Source: an uncultured Solirubrobacterales bacterium (GTDB taxonomy: Bacteria > Actinomycetota > Thermoleophilia > Solirubrobacterales > 70-9). From it: DNA of 64,000 nucleotides. Shown in pieces: positions 26,219 to 37,857 of this stretch (its first letter is position 1; each line of letters opens with the position of its first letter). The position numbers and the translations under genes were made by a program. The DNA lies in the NCBI GenBank assembly GCA_963835315.1, contig CAWIFA010000028.1, forward strand, positions 5,197-69,196, written 5' to 3'. The notes under the pieces were generated by a model that saw only the letters and a program-made list of their open reading frames with translations, was not told the DNA's origin and did not search any database.

Positions 26219-26863
26219 ATGGCACTGGATGTGCAGATGCTCACCGTCGGCCCGATCGCCGAGAACTGCTTCCTGCTGCGCCGCGAGGGGTCCGGCCGCG
26301 GCCTGATCGTCGACCCGGGCGAGGAGCCCGACCGGATACTCAAAGCCGTCGAGCAGATGGGGGTGAAGGTCGAGGCGATCCTGATCACCCACTGCCACTT
26401 CGACCACATCGGCGCGGTCGCGCCGGTCGCGACGGTCACCGGGGCGCCGGTCTACTGCCCGGAGATCGAGCGGCCGCTGCTCGCCGACATCATGACTTAC
26501 GTGCCGGTGCCCGGCATCGGGCCCTACGACAGCTACGAGGCCGACGAGACGCTGAAAGGAGGGGAGACGCTGGAGCTCGCCGGGATGACGATCGACGTCA
26601 TGTTCACCCCCGGCCACAGTCCCGGCCATGTCACCTACTCGATCCGCGACGAGGAGGCGATGTTCTCCGGCGACGTGCTGTTCAAGGGCTCGGTCGGCCG
26701 GGTCGACCTGCCGGGCGGCGACGGCCCTACCCTGCTGCGCTCGATCCGCGAGCTGCTCGACTCCCACCCGCCCGAGACCGGCGTCTACCCGGGGCACATG
26801 GAGGTCACCACACTGGGCGCCGAGCGGGCCACCAACCCCTTCCTCGCCGAGCTCGCCCGCTGA
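26219..26863 (+). CDS. MBL-fold metallo-hydrolase (glyoxalase II-like)
   Basis: THCHFDH metal motif, and TPGHSPGH. Confidence 0.8.
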   Translation: MALDVQMLTVGPIAENCFLLRREGSGRGLIVDPGEEPDRILKAVEQMGVKVEAILITHCHFDHIGAVAPVATVTGAPVYCPEIERPLLADIMTYVPVPGIGPYDSYEADETLKGGETLELAGMTIDVMFTPGHSPGHVTYSIRDEEAMFSGDVLFKGSVGRVDLPGGDGPTLLRSIRELLDSHPPETGVYPGHMEVTTLGAERATNPFLAELAR

Positions 26864-26900
26864 GGCGGGCCGGGCCGCGCGCAGGTAAGGTCGCGCCACG

Positions 26901-28141
26901 ATGGCGAGCAAGTACCAGGCACCGCGCGGGACCTTCGACGTGCTGCCGGCCGACGCGCGGGCGCGGCGGCGGATCGAAGCGACGGCGGCGGAGATCTGCG
27001 CCCGCGCCGGCTACGAGCCGATCGCGACGCCCGCCTTCGAGGACACCGAGCTGTTCGAGCGCGGCGTCGGCCGCTCGACCGACATCGTGCGCAAGGAGAT
27101 GTTCACCTTCGAGGACAAGGGAGGGCGCAGCATCACCCTGCGGCCGGAGGGCACGGCGCCGATCTGCCGCGCCTACCTCGAGCACGGGATGCACAAGCTG
27201 GCCCAGCCGGTGAAGCTCTCCTACGTCGGGCCGTTCTTCCGCCACGAGCGCCCGCAGGCCGGCCGCTACCGCCAGTTCCACCAGCTCGGCGTCGAGGCGA
27301 TCGGCACCGACTCGCCGCTCGCCGACGCCGAGGCGATCATGCTGCTCGCCGACCTGCTCGCCGAGCTCGGCGTGCCGGGGGTCGAGCTGCGGCTCGGCAG
27401 CCTCGGCTCGCCGGCCGCGCGCAGCGCCTACCTGGAGGAGCTGAAGGCGCATCTGCGCGCGAACGAGGCCGACCTCTCGAAGGACGTGCGCGAGCGGATC
27501 GATCTCAACCCGCTGCGCGCCTTCGACGCCGACGACGAGGGCACCCGTAGCGTGATGGCGAGCGCGCCGACGATCGTCGAGCGGCTCGAGGGCGAGGACG
27601 CCGAGCACTTCGCCGAGGTGCGGGCGCTGCTCGAGGCGGCCGGGATCGCCTTCGAGATCGACCCGACGCTGGTCCGCGGCCTCGACTACTACACGCGCAC
27701 GATCTTCTCCTTCGTCTGCTCCGAGCTCGGCGCCCAGTCGGAGATCGGCGGCGGCGGCCGCTACGACGGCCTGATCGAGCAGCTCGGCGGCCCGCCGACG
27801 CCGGCGATCGGCTGGGCGGCGGGAATCGAGCGCATCCTCCTGGCGCTCGGCGAGCAGCCCGAGGCAGCGGGCCGCGACGCCTTCCTCGCGGTCGCCGACC
27901 CGGGCCAGCGGCGCCGCGCGTTCGCCTTGGCGAGCGAGCTGCGCCACGCCGGCCTCACGGCCGAGGTCGACCTCGCCGGGCGCGGCCTCAAGGGCCAGCT
28001 CAAGCACGCCGACCGGATCGGCGCGCGCCGCGTGCTGATCCTCGAGGCCGACGGCTCCGCGCAGCTGCGCGACATGAGCAGCGGCGAGCAGTCGCCGGTC
28101 GACACGGCGGGCCTGATCGAGGCGATCGGGGGCGAGCGATC

Positions 28142-28145
<4 letters not shown>
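26901..28145 (+). CDS. hisS: histidine--tRNA ligase
   Basis: Blocks GTFDVLP, MFTFEDKGGRSITLRPEGT, YRQFHQLGVE and GGGRYDGL. Confidence 0.9.
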
Positions 28146-29939
<1,794 letters not shown>

Positions 29940-29977
29940 GCGGCCGCCCGGTCGCTGAGCGGCGGCACAATGAGCCC

Positions 29978-30256
29978 GTGAGCCTGATCGATCGCCTCAA
30001 GCTTGCCCTCCGCCCGGGTCCCGGCAAGACGCCCGTCTTCGTCGACGACCCGAGCTACGACTCGTGGGAGGTCGTGCGCGACTTCGGCGACCTGCGCACC
30101 GCCCGGGCCTGGCACCAGGCGGTGCAAGAGGCGGGCATCGACGCCGTCCTCACCGCCGACTGGCCGGTCGACCGCTTCGGCCGCGGCGACATCGCCCTGC
30201 GCGTCCGCGGCGAGGACTGGAGCGAGGCCGAGTTCCTGCTCTCGAACATGGAGTGA
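29978..30256 (+). CDS. small hypothetical protein
   Basis: The GTG at 29978 gives VSLIDRLKLAL...WEVVRDFGDLRTARAWHQAVQEAGIDAVL... with normal composition. It is read from the tail of ORF 28142..30256. Confidence 0.35.
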   Translation: MSLIDRLKLALRPGPGKTPVFVDDPSYDSWEVVRDFGDLRTARAWHQAVQEAGIDAVLTADWPVDRFGRGDIALRVRGEDWSEAEFLLSNME

Positions 30257-30510
30257 CCCGGGTCCCGCTAGAACGAAAGAGGCTCCAACCCGCCGTTGCC
30301 GTCCCTGGCTTTGATCCCTAGAAAAAAGGGTGGGAGCCTCCTCACGATCCTACAGGATCACGAGAGATCAGCTCCCTAGCCGTTTGTGTTGGGTCAAACG
30401 TAGGGACGGCTCGCGAACGGGCTCGAGCCTGGGTTCAACCGTACCACCGACCCGTCGCTCCTGCCGACCGTAGATTCCCGTAGCCCGCACGGTCGCACTA
30501 CCCTTGTCAT

Positions 30511-31959
30511 GTGACTCGGGAGCTGTTCGAGCATTACCTGCGGGACGAGGCGCGGCTCGGGCCGGCGCCCGACGGCGCCTTCACCGGGGCGGCCGGGGGG
30601 GCGGCCTGCGGGGATCTGTCGCGCGTCTCGCTCGTGCTTGACGAGGGACGCGTCGCGGCGGTGACCTTCGACGCCGAGGGGTGCGGGGCGACGCGCGCCG
30701 CGACCGCCGCCGTCGCCGAGATGGTCGACGGCGAGGCGGTGATCGACGCGGCGCGGATCGGGACCGACGAGGTGGACGAGGCGGTGGGGGGGCTGACGCC
30801 GGCCAAGCGGCACGCCGCGCAGCTCGCCGCCGACGCGCTGCACCGGGCGCTGGCGAGCGCCGCGGCGTCGACGCAGACGCTGGCCGCGCCGCGCGAGGGC
30901 CGCGTGCTGATCGCGATGTCCGGCGGCGTCGACAGCGCCGTCGCGGCGCTGCTCGAACGCGAGCGCGGCGCCGACGTGCTCGCGGTGACGCTGAAGCTCT
31001 GGGCCGACCCGGAGACCGACGGCGCCAAGGCCTGCTGCTCGCCCGAGGCGGTGCTCGGCGCCCGCGCGGTCGCCCACTCGCTCGGCATCCCGCACCTCAC
31101 CCTCGACCTGGAGGAGGAGTTCCGCCGCCGCGTCGTCGGCACCTTCCTCGACGGCTACGGCGCCGGCGCGACGCCCAACCCCTGCATCGTCTGCAACGGC
31201 GAGGTGCGGATCGCGGCGATGGTCGACCTCGCCGAACGGCTCGGCGCCGAACGGCTCGTCACCGGCCACTACGCGCGGATCGTCGAGGACGCGGACGGCC
31301 CGCTGCTCGCCGCCGCCGCGGACCAGGGCAAGGACCAGAGCTACATGCTCGCCGCGCTGCCGCCGGCGATGCTCGACCGCCTCGGCTTCCCGCTGACCGA
31401 CCTGACCAAGCCGGAGGTGCGCGAGATCGCCGCCCGGCACGGCCTCTCCGTCGCCAAGAAGCCCGAGAGCCAGGACCTCTGCTTCCTCGCCGGGCAGGGC
31501 AAGGAGCGCTTCCTGCGCCGCCATGCCGGCCTCGGCGAGCGCGACGGGGCGGTGCTCGACCGCGCCGGGCGCAAGCTCGGCCGCCACCGCGGCCACCACA
31601 ACTTCACCGTCGGCCAGCGCCGCGGCATCGGCGTCTCCGCGCCCGAGCCGCTCTACGTCCTCGCCACCGACGCCGCCGCCAACACGGTCACCGTCGGCAC
31701 CCGAGCCGAGCTGGCGACGCACCGCGTGCGGATCCGCGACGCCGTCCTGCACCGCGCCGGCGGCCGCGTCGACGGCGTCAAGCTGCGCTACCGGGCGACG
31801 CCGGTCCCGGCGTCGGTCGCGGACGCGGCGCCCGGCGCCCATCCGGCGCTGGAGCTCGAGCTGGACGAGCCCTTCGACGCCGCCTCCCCGGGCCAGGCCG
31901 CCGTCCTGCTGAGCGGCGAGGCGATCGTCGGCCACGGCACGATCGCCGCTTCGCTCTGA
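30511..31959 (+). CDS. mnmA: tRNA 2-thiouridine(34) synthase MnmA with N-terminal IscU/NifU-like domain
   Basis: The first ~120 aa read GAACGDLSRVSL...AEGCGATRAATAA...KRHAAQLAADAL, an IscU-like pattern. The MnmA PP-loop VLIAMSGGVDSAV follows, then NPCIVCNG and DQSYML. Confidence 0.8.
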   Translation: MTRELFEHYLRDEARLGPAPDGAFTGAAGGAACGDLSRVSLVLDEGRVAAVTFDAEGCGATRAATAAVAEMVDGEAVIDAARIGTDEVDEAVGGLTPAKRHAAQLAADALHRALASAAASTQTLAAPREGRVLIAMSGGVDSAVAALLERERGADVLAVTLKLWADPETDGAKACCSPEAVLGARAVAHSLGIPHLTLDLEEEFRRRVVGTFLDGYGAGATPNPCIVCNGEVRIAAMVDLAERLGAERLVTGHYARIVEDADGPLLAAAADQGKDQSYMLAALPPAMLDRLGFPLTDLTKPEVREIAARHGLSVAKKPESQDLCFLAGQGKERFLRRHAGLGERDGAVLDRAGRKLGRHRGHHNFTVGQRRGIGVSAPEPLYVLATDAAANTVTVGTRAELATHRVRIRDAVLHRAGGRVDGVKLRYRATPVPASVADAAPGAHPALELELDEPFDAASPGQAAVLLSGEAIVGHGTIAASL

Positions 31960-31990
31960 GCCACCCCTCGTCGCTTAGGCTTCGTGGCCG

Positions 31991-34614
31991 ATGAAGGCCG
32001 CCGAGATACGCGACACCTACCTCGAGTTCTTCGCCGAGCGCGGGCACAAGATCGTCCCCTCGGCCTCGCTCGTGCCCTCCGTCCACGACCCCTCGGTGCT
32101 GCTGACGACGGCCGGCATGCAGCCCTTCAAGCCCTACTTCCTCGGCCGCGAGCGACCGCCGGCGCCGCGGCTCGCCGACGTGCAGAAGTGCTTCCGCACG
32201 ACCGACATCGAGGAGGTCGGCAACACCGCCCGCCACCTGACCTTCTTCGAGATGCTCGGCAACTGGAGCTTCGGCGACTACTTCAAGGCCGAGTCGATCC
32301 CCTGGGGCTGGCAGCTCGCGACCGAGGGCTTCGGCATGGACCCGGAGAAGATCTGGGCGACGGTCTTCGGCGGCGACGAGGAGCTCGGCCTCGGCCCCGA
32401 CGAGGAGGCGATCGAGATCTGGAAGGGCGTCGGCATGCCCGAGGAGCGGATCGTCCTGCTCGGCCGCGAGGACAACTTCTGGCAGGCCGGCCCGTCCGGC
32501 CCCTGCGGCCCCTGCTCGGAGCTCTACCTCGACCGCGGCGAGGGCTTCGGCGGCGCCGGGGAGCGGCCGGGCGACGACACCGACCGCTTCCTCGAGTTCT
32601 GGAACCACGTCTTCATGACCTACGACCTCTCGCCCGAGGGCGTCCTCAGCGAGCTGCCGATGCGCAACATCGACACCGGCATGGGGCTCGACCGGATGGC
32701 GGCGATCCTGCAGGACGCGCCGTCGGTCTTCGAGACCGACCTGGTCCGGCCGCTGATCGACCTCGCCGAGCAGCTCAGCGGCCGCTCCTACGGCGAGGGC
32801 GGCGCGGTGACGCGGGCGATGCGGATCGTCGCCGACCACTCGCGCGGCGCCGCCTTCCTGATCGCCGACGGCGTCGTCCCCTCGAACGAGGACCGCGGCT
32901 ACATCCTGCGGCGGATCATGCGGCGGGCGATCCAGCAGGGCCGCACGCTCGGGCTCGAGGCGCCCTGGCTCGGCCGCTTCGCCGAGCGCACGATCGAGAT
33001 CATGGCCGAGGCCTATCCCGAGCTGGCCTCCGAGCGGGCGACGATCGCCCGCTGGGTCGGCGACGAGGAGGAGAGCTTCGGCCGCACGCTGGAGCGCGGC
33101 ACGGAGCTGCTCGAGCGCCTGGTCGCCGAGGCGCAAGCAGTCGGGCACCTCGTGGATCGACGCCGCCGACGCGTTCAAGCTGCACGACACCTACGGCTTC
33201 CCCTACGACCTGACCAAGGAGCTGCTCGCCGAGCGGGGGCTCTCGGTCGACGACGGCGGCTTCGAGGAGCTGATGGAGGAGCAGCGCCAGCGCGCCCGCG
33301 TCGGCGCCGCCACCGCGCACGGCTCCGAGGACCGCCACGAGAAGGTGCTCGCCTTCGCCGCCGCGGCGCCGCCGACCCGCTTCGTCGGCTACGAGACGCT
33401 GCGCGCGACGACCGGCCTGGCGGCGGTCGCGGCCGACGACGGGCGGGCGCTGGTCAAGCTCGAGGACAGCCCGTTCTACGCCGAGGGCGGCGGCCAGGTC
33501 GCCGACTCGGGCGTGCTGCGCTGGGACGGCGTTGAGACGCGGGTGCTCGACGTCTACCGTGTGGGGGACGACCAGGCGCTCGAGGTCGAGGCAGCCGGCG
33601 GCGTGGAGGCCGGTGTCGCGGTGGAGGCCCTGGTCGACCACGAGACCCGCCACGCGACGATGCGCAACCACACGGCGACCCACCTCCTGCACGCGGCGCT
33701 GCGCGAGCGGCTCGGCGACCACGTGCGCCAGGCGGGCTCCGCGGTGCGCCCCGACAAGCTGCGCTTCGACTTCACCCACGGCCAGGCGCTCGCCGCCGAG
33801 GACCTGAGCGCGATCGAGGACCGGGTCAACGAGTGGATCAAGGCGAGCCGCCCGGTGCGCTGGCTGGAGATGGAGCGCGGCGACGCGGAAGCGCTCGGCG
33901 CGATGGCGCTGTTCGGCGAGAAATACGGCGAGTGGGTGCGGGTGGTCGAGGTCGACGGGGTCTCGCGCGAGCTCTGCGGCGGCACGCACGTCGCCAACAC
34001 CGCCGAGGTCGGCATCTTCAAGCTCTCCTCCGAGGGCTCCTCGGCCGCCAACGTGCGGCGGATCGAGGCGCTGACCGGCCCGGCGGCGATCGACTGGTTC
34101 CGCGACGAGGAGCGGCGCCTGCGCGAGGTCGGCGAGCTGCTCGGCTCGCCGCAGGACCCGCTGACGGGCGCCCGCCGCGCCGCCGAGCGCCTGCGCGAGG
34201 CGGGCGAGGGCGAGAAGCAGGCGGCGAAGCAGATGCTGGGCGAGGAGGCCGAGCGCCTGGTCGCCGCGGCCGAGCAGGCCGGCGGCATCGCGGTGGTCGC
34301 GGCGCGGGCGCCGACCGCCGACCAGAAGCAGCTGCTCGAGCTGGCCAACCGGGTGCAGTCGAAGCTCGGCGGCGAGTCGGCGATCGCGCTCGGCGGCGCC
34401 AGCGGCGACAAGGTCGGGCTGGTCGTGCTCGTCTCCAAGGGCGCCGTCGGCGGCGGCGTCTCGGCGGCGAGCGTGGTGCGGGAGGCGGCGAGCGTCGTCG
34501 GCGGAGGCGGCGGCGGACGAGACGAGATGGCGCAGGCCGGGGGGAAGGACGCTTCGAAGCTCGACGAGGCGCTGGCGACGGCGCGGCGGGCGATCGAAGC
34601 CGGGTGCCGGCTAG
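31991..34614 (+). CDS. alaS: alanine--tRNA ligase (frameshift near 33150; 3' end uncertain)
   Basis: MKAAEIRDTYLEFFAERGHKIVPSASLVP, FFEMLGNWSFGDYFK and WNHVFM are in frame 1. WIDAADAFKLHDTYGFPYDLT...HTATHLLHAAL...GGTHV continue in the frame of ORF 33273..35021. Confidence 0.85.
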
Positions 34615-35021
34615 TGCGCGTGCTGGCGCTCGACCACGGCACCGCGCGGATCGGCTGCGCGATCTCCGACCCGAGCGGCACCCTGGCGACGCCGCTGCCG
34701 ACGATCGAACCGCCGGAGGCGAGCGCCGTCGCCGACCTGGTCGCCGAGCGCGAGGTCGAGCGCGTCGTCGTCGGCCTGCCGCTGCACCTGAGCGGCGAGG
34801 AAGGCTCGCAGGCCGCGCTGGCGCGCAGCTTCTGCGCCGAACTGACCGCCCTGCTGGAGATCCCGGTCGAGACCTACGACGAGCGGCTGACCACGCGGAT
34901 GGCCGACGCCAGCAAGCGCGCCGGGGCCGCGGCGCCGGCCGACTCGCTCGCCGCCGCGCATCTGCTGCAGGCCTACCTCGCCGGCCAGGCGGCGATCGGG
35001 GGCACGGACGAGGATGAGTGA
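34614..35021 (+). CDS. ruvX: Holliday-junction resolvase-like RuvX/YqgF
   Basis: VRVLALDHGTARIGCAISD...VVGLPLHLSGEEG...DERLTT. It is in frame with the alaS tail and no stop separates them. Confidence 0.7.
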   Translation: MRVLALDHGTARIGCAISDPSGTLATPLPTIEPPEASAVADLVAEREVERVVVGLPLHLSGEEGSQAALARSFCAELTALLEIPVETYDERLTTRMADASKRAGAAAPADSLAAAHLLQAYLAGQAAIGGTDEDE

Positions 35022-35880
35022 GGACGACGCGGCCCTGCGGCGGGAGCGGCGCAGGGCCTCCGAGCGCGTGCTGCGCCGGCGCCGCCGGCTGCTGTTCGGC
35101 GGGCTCGCGGTGGCCCTGCTTGCGGTCGTCGTCGTCGCGGCGCTCGCCTACCGCCACTTCCACAACCCGGCCCCGCCGCCGCCGGAACCGGAACTGCGGA
35201 CGATCACGCTGACGATCCCCGAGGGCTACAACCGCGAGCAGACCGCCGAGCTGGCGCGCGAAGCCGGCCTCAAGGGCAGCTACCTGAAGGCGAGCAGGGG
35301 GCACGAGGGCTTCCTCTTCCCCGACACCTTCGAACTGGAGAAGGGCGCCCCCGCGTCCGACCTCGTCCGGCTGCAGCTCGAAGACTTCAAGCGGCGGATC
35401 GCCGGGGTGAAGATGGCCTACGCGCGCTCGAAGAACCTGACGACGCGCGACGTGGTCACGATCGCCTCGATGATCGAGCGCGAGGCCGGCCTGGCGAGCC
35501 AGCGCAAGCTGGTCGCCGCGGTGATCTACAACCGCCTGCACGAAGGCATCCCGCTCGGCATCGACGCGACCGTCCGCTTCGCCACCGGCAACTACGACCA
35601 GCCGCTGACCGAATCCGAGCTGGCGGTCGACTCCCCCTACAACACGCGGGTCAACGCCGGCCTGCCGCCGGGGCCGATCGACAGCCCGGGCCTGGCCTCG
35701 ATCGAAGCCGCCGCCCATCCGGCCAAGGTCGGATATCTCTATTACGTGACCGAGCCCGGCGCCTGCGGCAAGCTCGCCTTCTCCAGGACGGCGGCCGAAT
35801 TCGAAGCCGACGCCGCCCGCTACAACGAAGCCCGCGCGGCCGCCGGCGGCAACTCGCCCGACACCTGCGAAGAAGAATGA
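35014..35880 (+). CDS. mltG: endolytic murein transglycosylase MltG (YceG-like)
   Basis: N-terminal TM segment, then LASMIEREA-type ASMIEREAG, NRLHEGIPLGIDATV and SPYNTRVNAGLPPGPI. Confidence 0.8.
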   Translation: MSEDDAALRRERRRASERVLRRRRRLLFGGLAVALLAVVVVAALAYRHFHNPAPPPPEPELRTITLTIPEGYNREQTAELAREAGLKGSYLKASRGHEGFLFPDTFELEKGAPASDLVRLQLEDFKRRIAGVKMAYARSKNLTTRDVVTIASMIEREAGLASQRKLVAAVIYNRLHEGIPLGIDATVRFATGNYDQPLTESELAVDSPYNTRVNAGLPPGPIDSPGLASIEAAAHPAKVGYLYYVTEPGACGKLAFSRTAAEFEADAARYNEARAAAGGNSPDTCEEE

Positions 35881-36673
35881 AGCGGCTCGCGGTCCTCGGA
35901 CACCCGGTCGCCCACTCGCGCTCGCCGGCGATGCATAACGCGGCGCTCGCCGAGCTCGGCCTGGCGGGCGAGTGGAGCTACGAGGCGATCGACCTGGCGC
36001 CGGACGAGCTCGAGCCGCGGGTGCGGGCGATGGAGGGCGGAGGGGTTCGTCGGCGCCAACGTGACCGTGCCGCACAAGGGCGCGGCGCTCGCGCTCGCCG
36101 ACACGCTCTCCGAGACCGCGCGCGAGATCGGCGCCGCCAACACGCTGAGCTTCGCCGGCGGCGAGATCCGCGCCGACAACACCGACGCGCAGGGCCTGCT
36201 CGACTCGCTGCCGAGCTCGCCGGGCGGCGTGCGGGCGCTGGTGCTGGGCGCCGGCGGCGCCGCCCGCGCCGTCGTCTGGGCGCTGCTCCGCGAGGGGGCG
36301 GATGTGGAAGTGTGGAATCGGACTGCGTCCCGGGCCGAGCACCTGTGTGCAGAACTCGGCGGCAGACCTGTCGGAAGCACCCGACGTGCGGAACTACGAG
36401 CTCCTCGTCAACTCGACCTCGGTCGGTCTGCAGGGCGAGGACCCATTTGCCGAGCTTCCCTTCGAGGCGAGCCACCTCGAACAGCGCCACACCGTCGTCG
36501 ATCTCGTCTACGGCGAGGAGCCCAGCCGCCTGCTCGCCGTAGCCGGGTCTGCGGGCGCCACGACGGTCGACGGAATCGAGGTTCTCGTCCGCCAGGGAGC
36601 GCTCTCGCTGGAGATCTGGACGGGCAGCGCGCCCTCGCTCGAGATCATGCGGGATGCCGCGCGGATAGCCTAG
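35877..36673 (+). CDS. aroE: shikimate dehydrogenase (two frameshifts near 36040 and 36375)
   Basis: LGHPVAHSRSPAMHNAA, then (other frame) ANVTVPHKGAA...GAANTL...NTDAQG...VLGAGGAARA, then (third frame) LLVNSTSVGL...VVDLVYG. Confidence 0.75.
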
Positions 36674-36679
36674 GCGCCG

Positions 36680-37853
36680 ATGAGCACGCGCTTCAGATTC
36701 ACCACCGCGGGCGAGTCGCACGGGCCGGGGCTCGTCGCGATCGTCGAGGGCATGCCGGCCGGGCTTGGAGCTCGACCGCGAGGCGCTCGACCGCGACATG
36801 GCGCGGCGCCAGCTCGGCCACGGCCGCGGCGGCCGGATGAAGATCGAGACCGACACGGTCGAGGTCCGCTCGGGCGTGCGCCACGGCCGCACCCTGGGCA
36901 GCCCGATCGCGGTCCTCGTCGCAAACCGCGACTACGCCAACTGGGAGGAGCGGATGAACCCCTGGCCGGTCGAGGGGTTCGAGCCCGAAGAGGTCCACCT
37001 GCCGCGACCGGGCCACGCCGACCTGGTCGGCGCCCAGAAGTACGGCCACGGCGACATCCGCAACGTGCTCGAGCGGGCCAGCGCCCGCGAGACGGCGGCG
37101 CGCGTAGCGGCGGGCTCGCTCGCCCGCGGCTTTCTCGATGCGCTCGGCGTCAGCGTGTACAGCCACGTCGTCCAGATCGCCTCGGTCAAGGCGCCGGAGC
37201 GCCCGGACCTGCAGCCGCGCGACTTCGCGGCCGTGGACGAGGACCCGGTGCGCTGCCTCGACCCGGAGGCGAGCAAGGCGATGGTCGAGGAGATCAACCG
37301 CCTGCGCAAGGCGAACGAGAGCCTCGGCGGCAGCTTCGAGGTGCGCGTCTTCGGCCTCGTACCGGGGCTCGGCTCGCACATCTCCTGGGAAGAGCGGCTC
37401 GACGGGCGGCTGGCCGGCGCGGTCGCCTCGATCCAGTCGGTCAAGGGCGTCGCGATCGGCGAGGCCTGGGACGTCGCCGCGCGGCCCGGCTCGGAGGCCC
37501 ACGACGAGATCTTCTGGTCGGAGGAGCGCGGCTACTTCCGCGAGTCGAACCACGCCGGGGGCCTCGAGGGCGGGATGACCAACGGCCTGCCGCTCTCGGT
37601 GCGGGCGGCGATCAAGCCGATCTCGACCCTGACCAAGCCGCTGCGCTCGGTCGACACCGAGACCAAGCAGCCGGCGCAGGCGCTGCGCGAGCGCACCGAC
37701 TCGACCGTCGTTCCCGCCGCCGCCGTGGTCGCCGAGGCGATGGTCTGCCTGACCCTGGCGCGCTGCTACCGCGAGAAGTTCGGCGGCGACCACATCGACG
37801 ACGTTCTGGCTGCGGTCGACGCGTACAGGCGCCGCATAGATTTCCGCGGGTGA
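36680..37853 (+). CDS. aroC: chorismate synthase (frameshift near 36765)
   Basis: MSTRFRFTTAGESHGPGLVAIVEGMPAGL is in one frame. The remainder (RRQLGHGRGGRMKIE...RASARETAARVAAG...SDSTVVPAAAVV) is in ORF 36765..37853. Confidence 0.85.
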
Positions 37854-37857
37854 CCCG

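Noticed and set aside
24229-26439. 736-aa minus ORF
   Set aside because: It is antisense to the aminopeptidase, formimidoyltransferase and MBL genes, and is a low-complexity Arg/Ala/Gly sequence.
30257-30510. 254-bp lower-G+C spacer upstream of mnmA with a GGGAGC...GCTCCC stem-loop as a possible riboswitch or sRNA
   Set aside because: It matches no motif I recognise, and one hairpin alone is insufficient evidence.
34018-36342. 774-aa minus ORF
   Set aside because: Extreme Arg/Pro/Ala composition, and antisense to alaS, ruvX, mltG and aroE.
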